The notes beneath the pieces were generated by a model. That model did no database searches, was not told the DNA's origin, and saw nothing but the letters and a program-made list of their open reading frames with translations. Below are positions 17,127 through 25,007 of a DNA stretch of 64,000 nucleotides, piece by piece (within the stretch, counting starts at the first letter, position 1; each line of letters starts with the position of its first letter). Both the position numbers and the translations under genes were made by a program. This stretch comes from Candidatus Peribacteraceae bacterium (lineage in GTDB: Bacteria > Patescibacteriota > Gracilibacteria > Peribacterales > Peribacteraceae), in NCBI GenBank assembly GCA_028703445.1, contig JAQVMW010000008.1:6223-70222 (forward strand), given 5' to 3'.

Positions 17127-17896
17127 GAAAACTTTGGCGCTCCCATGAGTTGCCTCAATTTTTCAATGATGATACCGCGTTTTTCTTTGTACCATGAGAC
17201 GAGATTCTCCATCTGAACTCGAGCCTTTTCCTCATCTGCCGAGACCGAAGCTTGATTACCCGTTGCCTGCGAAAGTGAATGCTGAGCGTTAGTCAAAATC
17301 CTCGCCATGCGCCATGCTTCACACTCCTCATTGAGATCGGGGCTTCCAATCGTTGCCAAAATCTTCATCGCAGTTTCATGAATGAGACGGGAAACGAAAT
17401 GCTCCCCCGCCCCACTCCTGAAAAGCTCCTCCTGCTCACGATTCAAAACAAATCTCGAATCTGTCCCAATCATCCGTTCCACCGCAACTTGGAGATCTGA
17501 ATATCGAACCTGAAGGGGATCAATGAGTCCTTCCGCATCTGAAACAATGCGAATGAGGCGCCGCTCTGTATCTGTCTGAATGAGCAACATGTGCGAACAG
17601 ATAACATCCCCGGCTCTCTCCAAGAGAACATCCATACTGATCCCTCTCGTCGCCATTGCCTTCGACATGTTCGGTTCGAGAGCTCTCTCAAGCTCCGCTG
17701 CAGGGAAACGCAGCGTTTGAGAACGAGCGAATGCAACCGCATCGAAATCCTCCTTGATTGCATTGACCCTCGCCGCCGCCTCAAGTAATTCTTTGAAATC
17801 CAGCAAAGGAGAAAATGGGAAAAGGGTCTGGCAGTATAGAAAAAAACCACTATTCTGAAAGGAGTTTCCCTCACTTTTTGTGCGCTCCAAAGCCAT
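17123..17896 (-). CDS. Hypothetical protein, lower-GC, antisense-oriented inside the mevalonate cluster
   Basis: The ORF runs 17123-18118, but its upstream third overlaps mvaD, so it was trimmed to ATG 17896. It still overlaps the mvaD start by 17 nt, so the true start is uncertain. No recognisable motifs. Confidence 0.35.
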   Translation of the reverse strand: MALERTKSEGNSFQNSGFFLYCQTLFPFSPLLDFKELLEAAARVNAIKEDFDAVAFARSQTLRFPAAELERALEPNMSKAMATRGISMDVLLERAGDVICSHMLLIQTDTERRLIRIVSDAEGLIDPLQVRYSDLQVAVERMIGTDSRFVLNREQEELFRSGAGEHFVSRLIHETAMKILATIGSPDLNEECEAWRMARILTNAQHSLSQATGNQASVSADEEKARVQMENLVSWYKEKRGIIIEKLRQLMGAPKFS

Positions 17897-18890
17897 TTCC
17901 ACGCCCAATATCGCCTTCATCAAGTACTGGGGCAACCGCAATGATGAACTCCGGCTGCCCATGGCCCCCTCCCTCTCGATGACTCTGGACCGGCCGACAG
18001 TGAAAATCACCGTGGAAGATGCGGACACATTTTCGGTGCGCTCGTTCCTCGTCGATGGATCGGAGAAAACACTCAAAGAGAAAGACATCGATCGTTTTCG
18101 GAAAGTCGTTACGCTCATGCGACGCTATTTGGGAACCATCGGCGCCGAGGATGTGCTTTCGGAATCCATCGCAATCGCCGTCCGTTCACACATTCCGCCA
18201 GCAGTCGGTCTCGCCTCCTCCGCTGCCGTCTTCAGCTGCCTCGCAAAAGCGATTGCCGGATTCATTCGTGAAAAAAAGGAGCTCACGAACAAACAGGTGA
18301 GTATCCTTGCCCGGCTCGGATCTGGTTCGGCGGCACGGAGCATCTTTGGAGGGTTCTCAACACTCGAAGAAGGGAACGGGATGGAGATAGAAAATTCCTG
18401 GAGTGAGCAAATCGCCGACGAACATCACTGGGCTCTGTACGACTTCGTGACAATTCCTGCAATGGAAGAGAAGAAAGTGGGATCCACGGAGGGCCACGCT
18501 TCGTCTCATTCAAGCCCTTTCTATACGGAGCGCGTGCAAGCTATCCGCTCGCGCCGCCAGCGGGAGTGCATCGAAGCGATCCGGACAAAAGATTTTGAAG
18601 CACTCCAGCGCGTGACGGAGGAAGACTGCCTCGACATGCACCATGTGATGCAGACGCAGATGCCTCCGCTCCAGTACCTCAATGCGGAAACGCATCGGAT
18701 CGTCGATGCCATTAAAGAATTACGCACGAAGGAGCATCTGCCAGTGCTCTTCACCATGGATGCGGGACCAACAGTCCACCTGGTATGTCCAGAAGAGGGC
18801 AGATCAGCCGTTCTCTCCTTCGCCCATGCACAGAAGGGATGCACGATCTTCGAAACGAAAGTGGGATCTGGTGCATCGCTGATCGGATAA
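17880..18890 (+). CDS. mvaD: Diphosphomevalonate (or phosphomevalonate) decarboxylase, GHMP family
   Basis: It carries NIAFIKYWGNRN, GLASSAA and GSGSAARS. It starts at GTG, with gaaaggag upstream. Confidence 0.85.
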   Translation: MRSKAISTPNIAFIKYWGNRNDELRLPMAPSLSMTLDRPTVKITVEDADTFSVRSFLVDGSEKTLKEKDIDRFRKVVTLMRRYLGTIGAEDVLSESIAIAVRSHIPPAVGLASSAAVFSCLAKAIAGFIREKKELTNKQVSILARLGSGSAARSIFGGFSTLEEGNGMEIENSWSEQIADEHHWALYDFVTIPAMEEKKVGSTEGHASSHSSPFYTERVQAIRSRRQRECIEAIRTKDFEALQRVTEEDCLDMHHVMQTQMPPLQYLNAETHRIVDAIKELRTKEHLPVLFTMDAGPTVHLVCPEEGRSAVLSFAHAQKGCTIFETKVGSGASLIG

Positions 18891-18896
18891 AAAACT

Positions 18897-18924
18897 GCAG
18901 CGGAAGATCGCGATCTTCCGCTGC
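18897..18924. repeat. 28-bp perfect palindrome gcagcggaagaTCGCGAtcttccgctgc (family also at 41702 and 49612)
   Basis: The sequence is self-complementary. It lies between the mvaD stop and the HMG-CoA reductase start. Confidence 0.8.
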
Positions 18925-18944
18925 GGAAAGATTACAATGGCCCT

Positions 18945-20216
18945 ATGGATCTCCGTTCCCTTCCTGCCGGCCTGAATCCTGAAGAGCACTGCCGCGAACG
19001 GCGGGCGCGGGTCGAGAACGAAACAGTAACGGACCTTTCGCTCCTCCACACCGATGCCGGACGAATCGGTCAGGCCGACGAGAAGAATTGCGAGCAGATG
19101 ATCGGCTCTGTTCCCCTCCCCGTCGGCATCGCCGGTCCGCTCGCGATTACCTTCAGCTCCGGCGAAAAATCCAACGTCTTCCTTCCTCTTGCCACAACCG
19201 AGGCGGCACTTGTCGCGAGCGTCAATCGCGGATGCAAAGTTCTGTCGACAAGCGGAGGCGTTTCGATAAAATCCGTCTACCATGGCATGTCCCGATCGCT
19301 AGTATTCAAGCCAAAAAACAAGAAAGGACAAACGTTCACCTCCGCAATCAAAACTCTGGAACAAGAATGGAAACGTATCGGCGAGGCGACGAGCGCACAT
19401 CTCAAAATTCTCCGTTACGATCTCGATGAGTCCGACGGCTACACCTTCCTCACGATCTTCTGCGACACCTCGGAGGCCATGGGCATGAACATGACGACGA
19501 TCGCCGCACAAGCCATCGGCAATTTCCTTGCTCAAGAGCTTGATGCCGATCTCATCACCATTGCGGCAAACGTCGACAGCGACAAGAAGCCGAGCAGCCG
19601 CACGCACGACCGCGGCCGGGGATACGAAGTCACCGCGAAAGCGGATATTCCTTCTTCGATCATCGCGAATGTGTTGAAGACGACACCGCAGCAGTTGTGC
19701 GCCGTCGCGGACGCCAAGTTGCGCGTCGGATCCGCACTCGCAGGAGCCATCGGAAGTAATTTGCATGTGGCCAACGTGATCGCGGCTCTGTACCTGGCAA
19801 CGGGACAGGACGGCGCACACGTGGTGGAAGGATCGCTGGCGGATACGAAAATCGTGCCTTTGTGGACCTCTCCCCCACCTCCATCTCCTCCCCCGGTGGG
19901 GGAGGAGCGTCCCTTGATCCCCCTTCCCCCTCCGGGGGAAGGGTTGGGGATGGGGAAGAAACTTGCAGGCATACGAATAGAAGTCCGCCTGCCCGCCCTC
20001 CTCGTCGGCGTTCGCGGCGGCGGAACGGCTCTGCCTGCCCAAAATCAGTGCCTTTCGCTCATCTTAAAACCGCAACGCGGGATGCTTCCCGCGCTGCGGC
20101 GACCGCAGCAACTCGCGGAAACGATCGGCGCGGCCGTCCTCGCCGGGGAATTGAGTCTGCTCGCGGCACAGGCGACACAAACGCTTGCGTCTTCGCACAA
20201 AAAACTGGCACGGTGA
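18945..20216 (+). CDS. hmgA: HMG-CoA reductase, class I type, with an in-frame repeat-derived insertion
   Basis: It carries ENCIG-like EKNCEQMIGSVPLPVGIAGPL, EAALVASVNRGCK, SEAMGMNM, LVGVRGGGT and AVLAGELSL. Confidence 0.9.
   Translation: MDLRSLPAGLNPEEHCRERRARVENETVTDLSLLHTDAGRIGQADEKNCEQMIGSVPLPVGIAGPLAITFSSGEKSNVFLPLATTEAALVASVNRGCKVLSTSGGVSIKSVYHGMSRSLVFKPKNKKGQTFTSAIKTLEQEWKRIGEATSAHLKILRYDLDESDGYTFLTIFCDTSEAMGMNMTTIAAQAIGNFLAQELDADLITIAANVDSDKKPSSRTHDRGRGYEVTAKADIPSSIIANVLKTTPQQLCAVADAKLRVGSALAGAIGSNLHVANVIAALYLATGQDGAHVVEGSLADTKIVPLWTSPPPPSPPPVGEERPLIPLPPPGEGLGMGKKLAGIRIEVRLPALLVGVRGGGTALPAQNQCLSLILKPQRGMLPALRRPQQLAETIGAAVLAGELSLLAAQATQTLASSHKKLAR
19885..19943 (+). repeat. Two tandem C/T-rich-stem hairpins (CCCCTTCCYC-N5-GRGGAAGGGG family) inside the hmgA coding sequence
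   Basis: The first is ctcctcccc cggtg ggggaggag (19885-19907). The second is cccttcccc ctccg ggggaaggg (19921-19943). Relatives lie at 24932-24956, 32098-32120, 32159-32183, 39496-39547 and 39942-39979. Confidence 0.75.
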
Positions 20217-20296
20217 GAGTGAGAGTGGTTCTATTGCGAGATAGAACGGGTAAAATGGCTTTTTTAAGAGCAAAAAACGTCATGAGCGCAAACATT

Positions 20297-20817
20297 CCAG
20301 CGCGGGAAGCTTCCCGCGCTGGAATAGGACAGGAATGATAGATACCCATGACCCAGCGGCACCCTATTCAGAACGGACAGATGATGCTCGTAACAACGAA
20401 CACATGTAACCGCATGCGAATCTTCGTGGATTCCGCTTGCGCACGTCAAGTCATCGAAAGCCTGTACCGTGCACAATTGCATCATCCATTCTTTCTCCAT
20501 GGATTTGTCGTCATGCCGGATCACTGCCACATACTGCTCCATATTCCGGAAAACGGTTCCATCTCAAAAATCATGTATTGCTTCAAGCGATCTGTGTGCT
20601 TTGAGGTGGGAAAACCGATCTGGCAACGACGATTCCATGTCCGTCTTGTCGACAATGCATGGGAAGCTTTGCGTTACATCCACCTGAATCCAGTACGGCA
20701 AGGCATCTGCGAAGCGCCAGCAGATTATCCATGGTCATCCGCTTCTGGACGATGGGATGTCACTGATCTTTCAGAATGGTAATACAACCCAGCGCACGAA
20801 GCTTCGTGCGCTGGGTT
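20297..20817 (+). mobile_element. REP - RAYT - REP unit (REPtron-like)
   Basis: The Y1 transposase gene is flanked by GC-rich palindromes with an AAGCTT core. These lie at 20297-20322 (ccagcgcgggaagcttcccgcgctgg) and 20786-20817 (aacccagcgcacgaagcttcgtgcgctgggtt). Confidence 0.7.
20348..20782 (+). CDS. REP-associated tyrosine transposase (RAYT; IS200/IS605 Y1 HUH family)
   Basis: It has the HUH motif in VVMPDHCHILLH and the catalytic Tyr context ALRYIHLNPVRQG. The 144 aa length fits. Confidence 0.8.
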   Translation: MTQRHPIQNGQMMLVTTNTCNRMRIFVDSACARQVIESLYRAQLHHPFFLHGFVVMPDHCHILLHIPENGSISKIMYCFKRSVCFEVGKPIWQRRFHVRLVDNAWEALRYIHLNPVRQGICEAPADYPWSSASGRWDVTDLSEW

Positions 20818-20836
20818 TCTATGGCATACTGGCTAC

Positions 20837-22540
20837 GTGCAGTCCACCTGCAGAAATCCCTGGTGCTCTCAACCCTTCGAAGTCACCAAAGATGACCTCG
20901 CGTTCTACGACAAGGTCAGTCCCATCCTCAATGGGGGAAAATACACTATCCCCCCTCCGACACAGTGTCCCACATGCAGGAGACAGAGGAGACTTGTCTG
21001 GCACAATATCATGAACTTTCATAAGAGAAATTGTGACAGAACCGGAAGAGAAATTCTTTCAAACATCTCACCGGATAAGCCGCTCACAGTGTATGACATC
21101 AACGCGTGGTGGGAGGATTCTTGGGATCAGCATGAAGCAGGTCTTCCTCTTGATTTTCAAAAGACATTTTTCGAACAATTTGCAGAATTGCTTCTGGGAG
21201 CTCCGATACCCAGTCTGCATGCGCAACCATCCACGGACGAGAACTGCACGTACACGAACTACGCGTTATTCAATAAGAACTGCTATTTGATATTCCATGC
21301 AAACGGCAATGAGGATTGCCTGTATGGCTTTGGCGTGAAGTTCAGCAAGAACGCGGTTGATGTATTGAATTCATTCGATTCGGAAATACAGTACGAATGC
21401 ATCGATTGTGAGAAATGTTACAACTTGTACTCCTGCAAGGATTGCGAGAACTGCGCCGACTCGCTGTTCCTCGATGACTGCATCGGATGCAAGAACTGCA
21501 TCGCCTGTCACAACCTCCGCAACGCGGAGTTTTGCATTTTCAATAAGAAAACCTCCAAGCAAGAATTTGAAAAGCTGCGCGCGGCAATCCTGAACGGCTC
21601 GCATGCAACACGCGAGGAATGGAGGAAAGAATTCGAAAGCTTCCTGCTCCAAATGCCCCGACGCGCCACAATGATCCGGCAATGCGAAAATTGTTCGGGC
21701 GATCACCTGTACCGTTGTCAGAACGTTCACGAAAGCTATGACATAAAGGATGTACGGGATGGAAAATTCTTAGACAGAATATTCAATGGGCCAAATAGTG
21801 ATTTGTATGATGTCTACCAATTCGGTGTTAAAGCGGAGATGTGCTACGAGTGCTCGGTGGTGGGCATCAATGCGAACAACGTGTGCTTCAGTGCACTGTG
21901 CAGGAACGAAGTGAGTGACATCCTCTACAGCTTCTTCTGTCAGACATGCAAGCACTGCTTTGGCTGCGTGGGGCTCCACAATCAGGAATACTGCATCCTC
22001 AACAAGCAGTATTCAAAGGAGGACTACGAAACACTTGTGCCGAAGATTATCGAACACATGCAGCAAACCGGCGAATGGGGCGAGTTCTTTCCTGCCGAGC
22101 TGTCACCATTCTCGTACAACGAAACGATCGCACAGGAGCACTTTCCCATGACGCAACGAGAGATTGAGATGCGGGGATGGGAGTGGCGCGACCGGACGGA
22201 TGAGATCCCCAAAGTGAAGAAAACCATCCCAGCCGAAAAACTCCCCGACAACATTGCGGATATCCCCGACGACGTCATTCACTGGGCAATTGAGTGTGAG
22301 ATAACCAAACGACCCTTCCGGGTTACCAAGCAGGAATTGGCATTCTACCGCACAATGAGGCTGCCGGTTCCGCACCTGCATCCCGATGAGCGACACAAGC
22401 GGCGCACAGCAATGAGGAATCCCCGCAGGATCTGGAAGCGCCAGTGCGCAAAGTGCAACAAGCCGATCGAAACCACCTACTCGCCCGAACGACCAGAAAT
22501 TGTGTATTGCGAGGAATGTTATCTGAGGGAAGTGTATTGA
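20837..22540 (+). CDS. Cys-rich family paralog P1 (function unknown)
   Basis: It is 567 aa with 36 Cys by my count and has no signal peptide. The N-terminus is CRNPWCSQPFEVTKDDLAFY...CPTCRRQRRL. The C-terminus is QCAKCNKPIETTYSPERPEIVYCEECYLREVY. It starts at GTG. Confidence 0.9.
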   Translation: MQSTCRNPWCSQPFEVTKDDLAFYDKVSPILNGGKYTIPPPTQCPTCRRQRRLVWHNIMNFHKRNCDRTGREILSNISPDKPLTVYDINAWWEDSWDQHEAGLPLDFQKTFFEQFAELLLGAPIPSLHAQPSTDENCTYTNYALFNKNCYLIFHANGNEDCLYGFGVKFSKNAVDVLNSFDSEIQYECIDCEKCYNLYSCKDCENCADSLFLDDCIGCKNCIACHNLRNAEFCIFNKKTSKQEFEKLRAAILNGSHATREEWRKEFESFLLQMPRRATMIRQCENCSGDHLYRCQNVHESYDIKDVRDGKFLDRIFNGPNSDLYDVYQFGVKAEMCYECSVVGINANNVCFSALCRNEVSDILYSFFCQTCKHCFGCVGLHNQEYCILNKQYSKEDYETLVPKIIEHMQQTGEWGEFFPAELSPFSYNETIAQEHFPMTQREIEMRGWEWRDRTDEIPKVKKTIPAEKLPDNIADIPDDVIHWAIECEITKRPFRVTKQELAFYRTMRLPVPHLHPDERHKRRTAMRNPRRIWKRQCAKCNKPIETTYSPERPEIVYCEECYLREVY

Positions 22541-22545
22541 ACGAT

Positions 22546-22573
22546 CCTAGCGCACGAAGCTTCGTGCGCTAGG
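22546..22573. repeat. REP palindrome cctagcgcacgaagcttcgtgcgctagg
   Basis: It has the same 22-nt core as the copy at 20786-20817. It lies 6 nt after the P1 stop. Confidence 0.8.
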
Positions 22574-22640
22574 GATGCATTCCGAATACTGCTTACTTTT
22601 CGCAACACGCGAACCTACACAGGTATACTCACTTCATCCA

Positions 22641-23711
22641 ATGCCTTCTCCTCGCTCCGCCATCGGCACGTCGATCGCGACCGACAGTGCCATCGTCGGC
22701 TTCGGCATGTACATCCCCAGTAATCGCATCACGGTCGAAGAAATCGCGAAGCATTGGGGGCGTGACCCGAAGGAAATCGTGAGCGGACTCGGCGTGAAAG
22801 AAAAAGCAGTCGCGGGAGCCGATGAAGACAGCTTCACGCTCGCGTTCGAAGCCGGAAAGCAGGCCATCGCAACGGCGGGCATCCGCTCTTCGGAAATCTC
22901 GGCGATCTTCGCCGGTTCCGAATCTCACCCCTACGCGGTCAAACCCACAAGCGGCATGCTGGCCGCCGCCCTCGACCTGCACCCGTTCTCGTTCTGCGCG
23001 GACCTGGAATTCGCCTGCAAGGCGGGTACGGCCGGACTGCAGATCGTGGATGCCTTCGTCCGCAGCGGACAGATCACCTATGGAATGGCCATCGGTACGG
23101 ACAAAGCGCAATCGAAACCCGGTGACGCACTGGAATACACCGCAGCCGCGGGAGCGGCGGCGATTGTGGTCGGATCAGACACCTCCGAACACGCCATCTG
23201 CCGCATCGAACACACCATTTCCTTCACGACCGACACTCCCGACTTCTGGCGTACCGCGGATGCTCCCTATCCCGCCCACGCGGGGCGCTTCACGGGGGAA
23301 CCGGGCTACTTCCTGCACGTGCGCCAGGCTCTCACCGGAATCCTCGACATCACGAAAACGAAATTGAGTGACGTCGATCACGTCGTGCTGCACATGCCAA
23401 ACGCCAAGTTTCCGAACAAGATCGCCAAGGAATTCAAGATCTCAAAGGAGCAGATGCAGACCGGATTCATCGTGCCTCAGATCGGCAACACCTACAGCGC
23501 CTGCTCTCTGCTCGGACTCGTGTACGTGCTGAAACAGGCGAAGAAACATCAGAAGATCCTGCTCGTTTCGTACGGATCGGGTGCGGGGGCTGACGCCTTC
23601 CTGCTCACGATGCTCCGCGATGGCCCCGTTCTGCCCGTAGATGAGCGAAAACTTCGCTACATTTCCTACGGAGAGTACCGCAGAAATACGGAGAAAACAG
23701 CGGTTTCGTGA
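22641..23711 (+). CDS. HMG-CoA synthase, archaeal-type (thiolase-fold condensing enzyme)
   Basis: It carries GFGMYIPSNRITVEEIAKHWGRD, SESHPYAVKPTSGMLAAAL and DLEFACKAGTAGLQ. ATG 22641 is preferred. Confidence 0.8.
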   Translation: MPSPRSAIGTSIATDSAIVGFGMYIPSNRITVEEIAKHWGRDPKEIVSGLGVKEKAVAGADEDSFTLAFEAGKQAIATAGIRSSEISAIFAGSESHPYAVKPTSGMLAAALDLHPFSFCADLEFACKAGTAGLQIVDAFVRSGQITYGMAIGTDKAQSKPGDALEYTAAAGAAAIVVGSDTSEHAICRIEHTISFTTDTPDFWRTADAPYPAHAGRFTGEPGYFLHVRQALTGILDITKTKLSDVDHVVLHMPNAKFPNKIAKEFKISKEQMQTGFIVPQIGNTYSACSLLGLVYVLKQAKKHQKILLVSYGSGAGADAFLLTMLRDGPVLPVDERKLRYISYGEYRRNTEKTAVS

Positions 23712-23746
23712 AGAAAGAAGAACATGTAGAATCCTTCAGACATTCC

Positions 23747-24856
23747 ATGCAAAAGAACATCTCGCTTATTGGAATCGGCCAGACCACATTCGGGGAATGG
23801 TGGGGCAAGAGCCTCTTCACCCTCATCGAGGAGGCAGTGGATAGCGCCATTACGTCCGCCCCCTGCTCAGCACTGGATATCGACTTCATCATCGTGGCCA
23901 ACATGCTCGGAGAAGTAGTGAACGGTCAGGCACATCTGGGCGCAATCGCCTCCTCCCTGCTCCCCCATCACCCTCCCGCCATCCGCGTGGAGGCAGCCTG
24001 CGCTTCGGGATCGATTGCGGTACACACTGCCTGCGCTTTACTCGAGAGCGGACGCGCCGAGACCGTGCTCGTGGTGGGAGCTGAAAAGATGACCGATGCC
24101 TCCGGCGACGAAATCCAAACCGCGCTCATGGGCGCGGCAGACAGCGAGAAAGATGCTCCTTGCGGCCTCACCTTCCCCGGCATTTTCGGGCTCGTCGCGC
24201 GCCGGTACATGCACGAGTACGGCCTCACCCGTGACCAACTCAACCTCGTAAGTGCGCGGCACCACCTCAATGCCCTTAAAAATCCCTTCGCGCAGTTCCG
24301 GCAGGAAATCAGACCGGATCAGATCGGCGCGAGCACGATCGTGGCGGATCCCCTGCGACTCCTTGATTGTTCCCCGGTGAGCGACGGAGCAGCCGCCTGC
24401 ATCCTCTCGACAAAACACCGCTCCCCTATCCGCATCGCTGCCTCTCAGACGAGCACCGATTCCGTGAGCATCACTGACCGACCCACGCTCACCTCCTTCG
24501 CCGCCACCAAGGATGCTGTTGAGCGCGCGCTGGATGAGGCAAATATCTCGACGAGCGATATCGCGCACGTTGAACTGCATGACTGTTTCTCGATTGCCGC
24601 GGTCATTGCGCTGGAGGACATGGGGTTTGCGGAACCCGGCGAGGGAATTCAATGGTATGAGAAATTGCAATCCATGACCGTGAATGCCAGCGGAGGACTG
24701 AAGGCCTGCGGACATCCGGTCGCGGCAACGGGCATTAAACAGATCATCGATGTCAGTAAGCAACTGCAGAACTCCGGTAAACGTTTCGGTCTCGCCCACA
24801 ACTTTGGCGGCGTTGGCGCCACATGCTGTATCCACATTCTGCATCACTCCCCATAA
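23747..24856 (+). CDS. Acetyl-CoA acetyltransferase (archaeal-type thiolase)
   Basis: It carries ISLIGIGQTTFGEWW, the catalytic-Cys context VEAACASGS and the C-terminal NFGGVGATC. Confidence 0.8.
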   Translation: MQKNISLIGIGQTTFGEWWGKSLFTLIEEAVDSAITSAPCSALDIDFIIVANMLGEVVNGQAHLGAIASSLLPHHPPAIRVEAACASGSIAVHTACALLESGRAETVLVVGAEKMTDASGDEIQTALMGAADSEKDAPCGLTFPGIFGLVARRYMHEYGLTRDQLNLVSARHHLNALKNPFAQFRQEIRPDQIGASTIVADPLRLLDCSPVSDGAAACILSTKHRSPIRIAASQTSTDSVSITDRPTLTSFAATKDAVERALDEANISTSDIAHVELHDCFSIAAVIALEDMGFAEPGEGIQWYEKLQSMTVNASGGLKACGHPVAATGIKQIIDVSKQLQNSGKRFGLAHNFGGVGATCCIHILHHSP

Positions 24857-25007
24857 ATAATGCGATTGAACAACACCTTCAATCTCCGGCTCCTTCGCTA
24901 TTACCAACTGCCTCTGTTCGATTCCATGTCTCCTCTCCACCCGGAGGGGGGAGAGGGTAGGGTGAGGGGGCAAAAGACAAGAAAAGCATCATCTATTCCC
25001 CAAAACC

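Noticed and set aside
17123-18118. The full-length 331-aa reading of the minus-strand ORF.
   Set aside because: Its first ~75 codons overlap the well-supported mvaD N-terminus (NIAFIKYWGNRN) on the other strand. Only the downstream part is retained, as a low-confidence CDS.
20837-22540. The Cys-rich family as secreted, disulfide-rich variant surface antigens (Giardia VSP-like CxxC proteins).
   Set aside because: No copy has a signal peptide, TM segment or lipobox. The termini look like cytoplasmic zinc ribbons with basic helices. Intracellular metal-binding is more plausible. Classical 4Fe-4S ferredoxin motifs (CxxCxxCxxxCP) are also not present as such, so the metal type is left open.
18897-22573. 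Whether the recurring palindromes (AAGCTT-core and TCGCGA-core) could be a CRISPR array.
   Set aside because: There are only 3-5 copies, separated by whole genes at irregular kb-scale distances. The repeats are perfect palindromes, and no cas genes are present. A REP/RAYT interpretation fits better.
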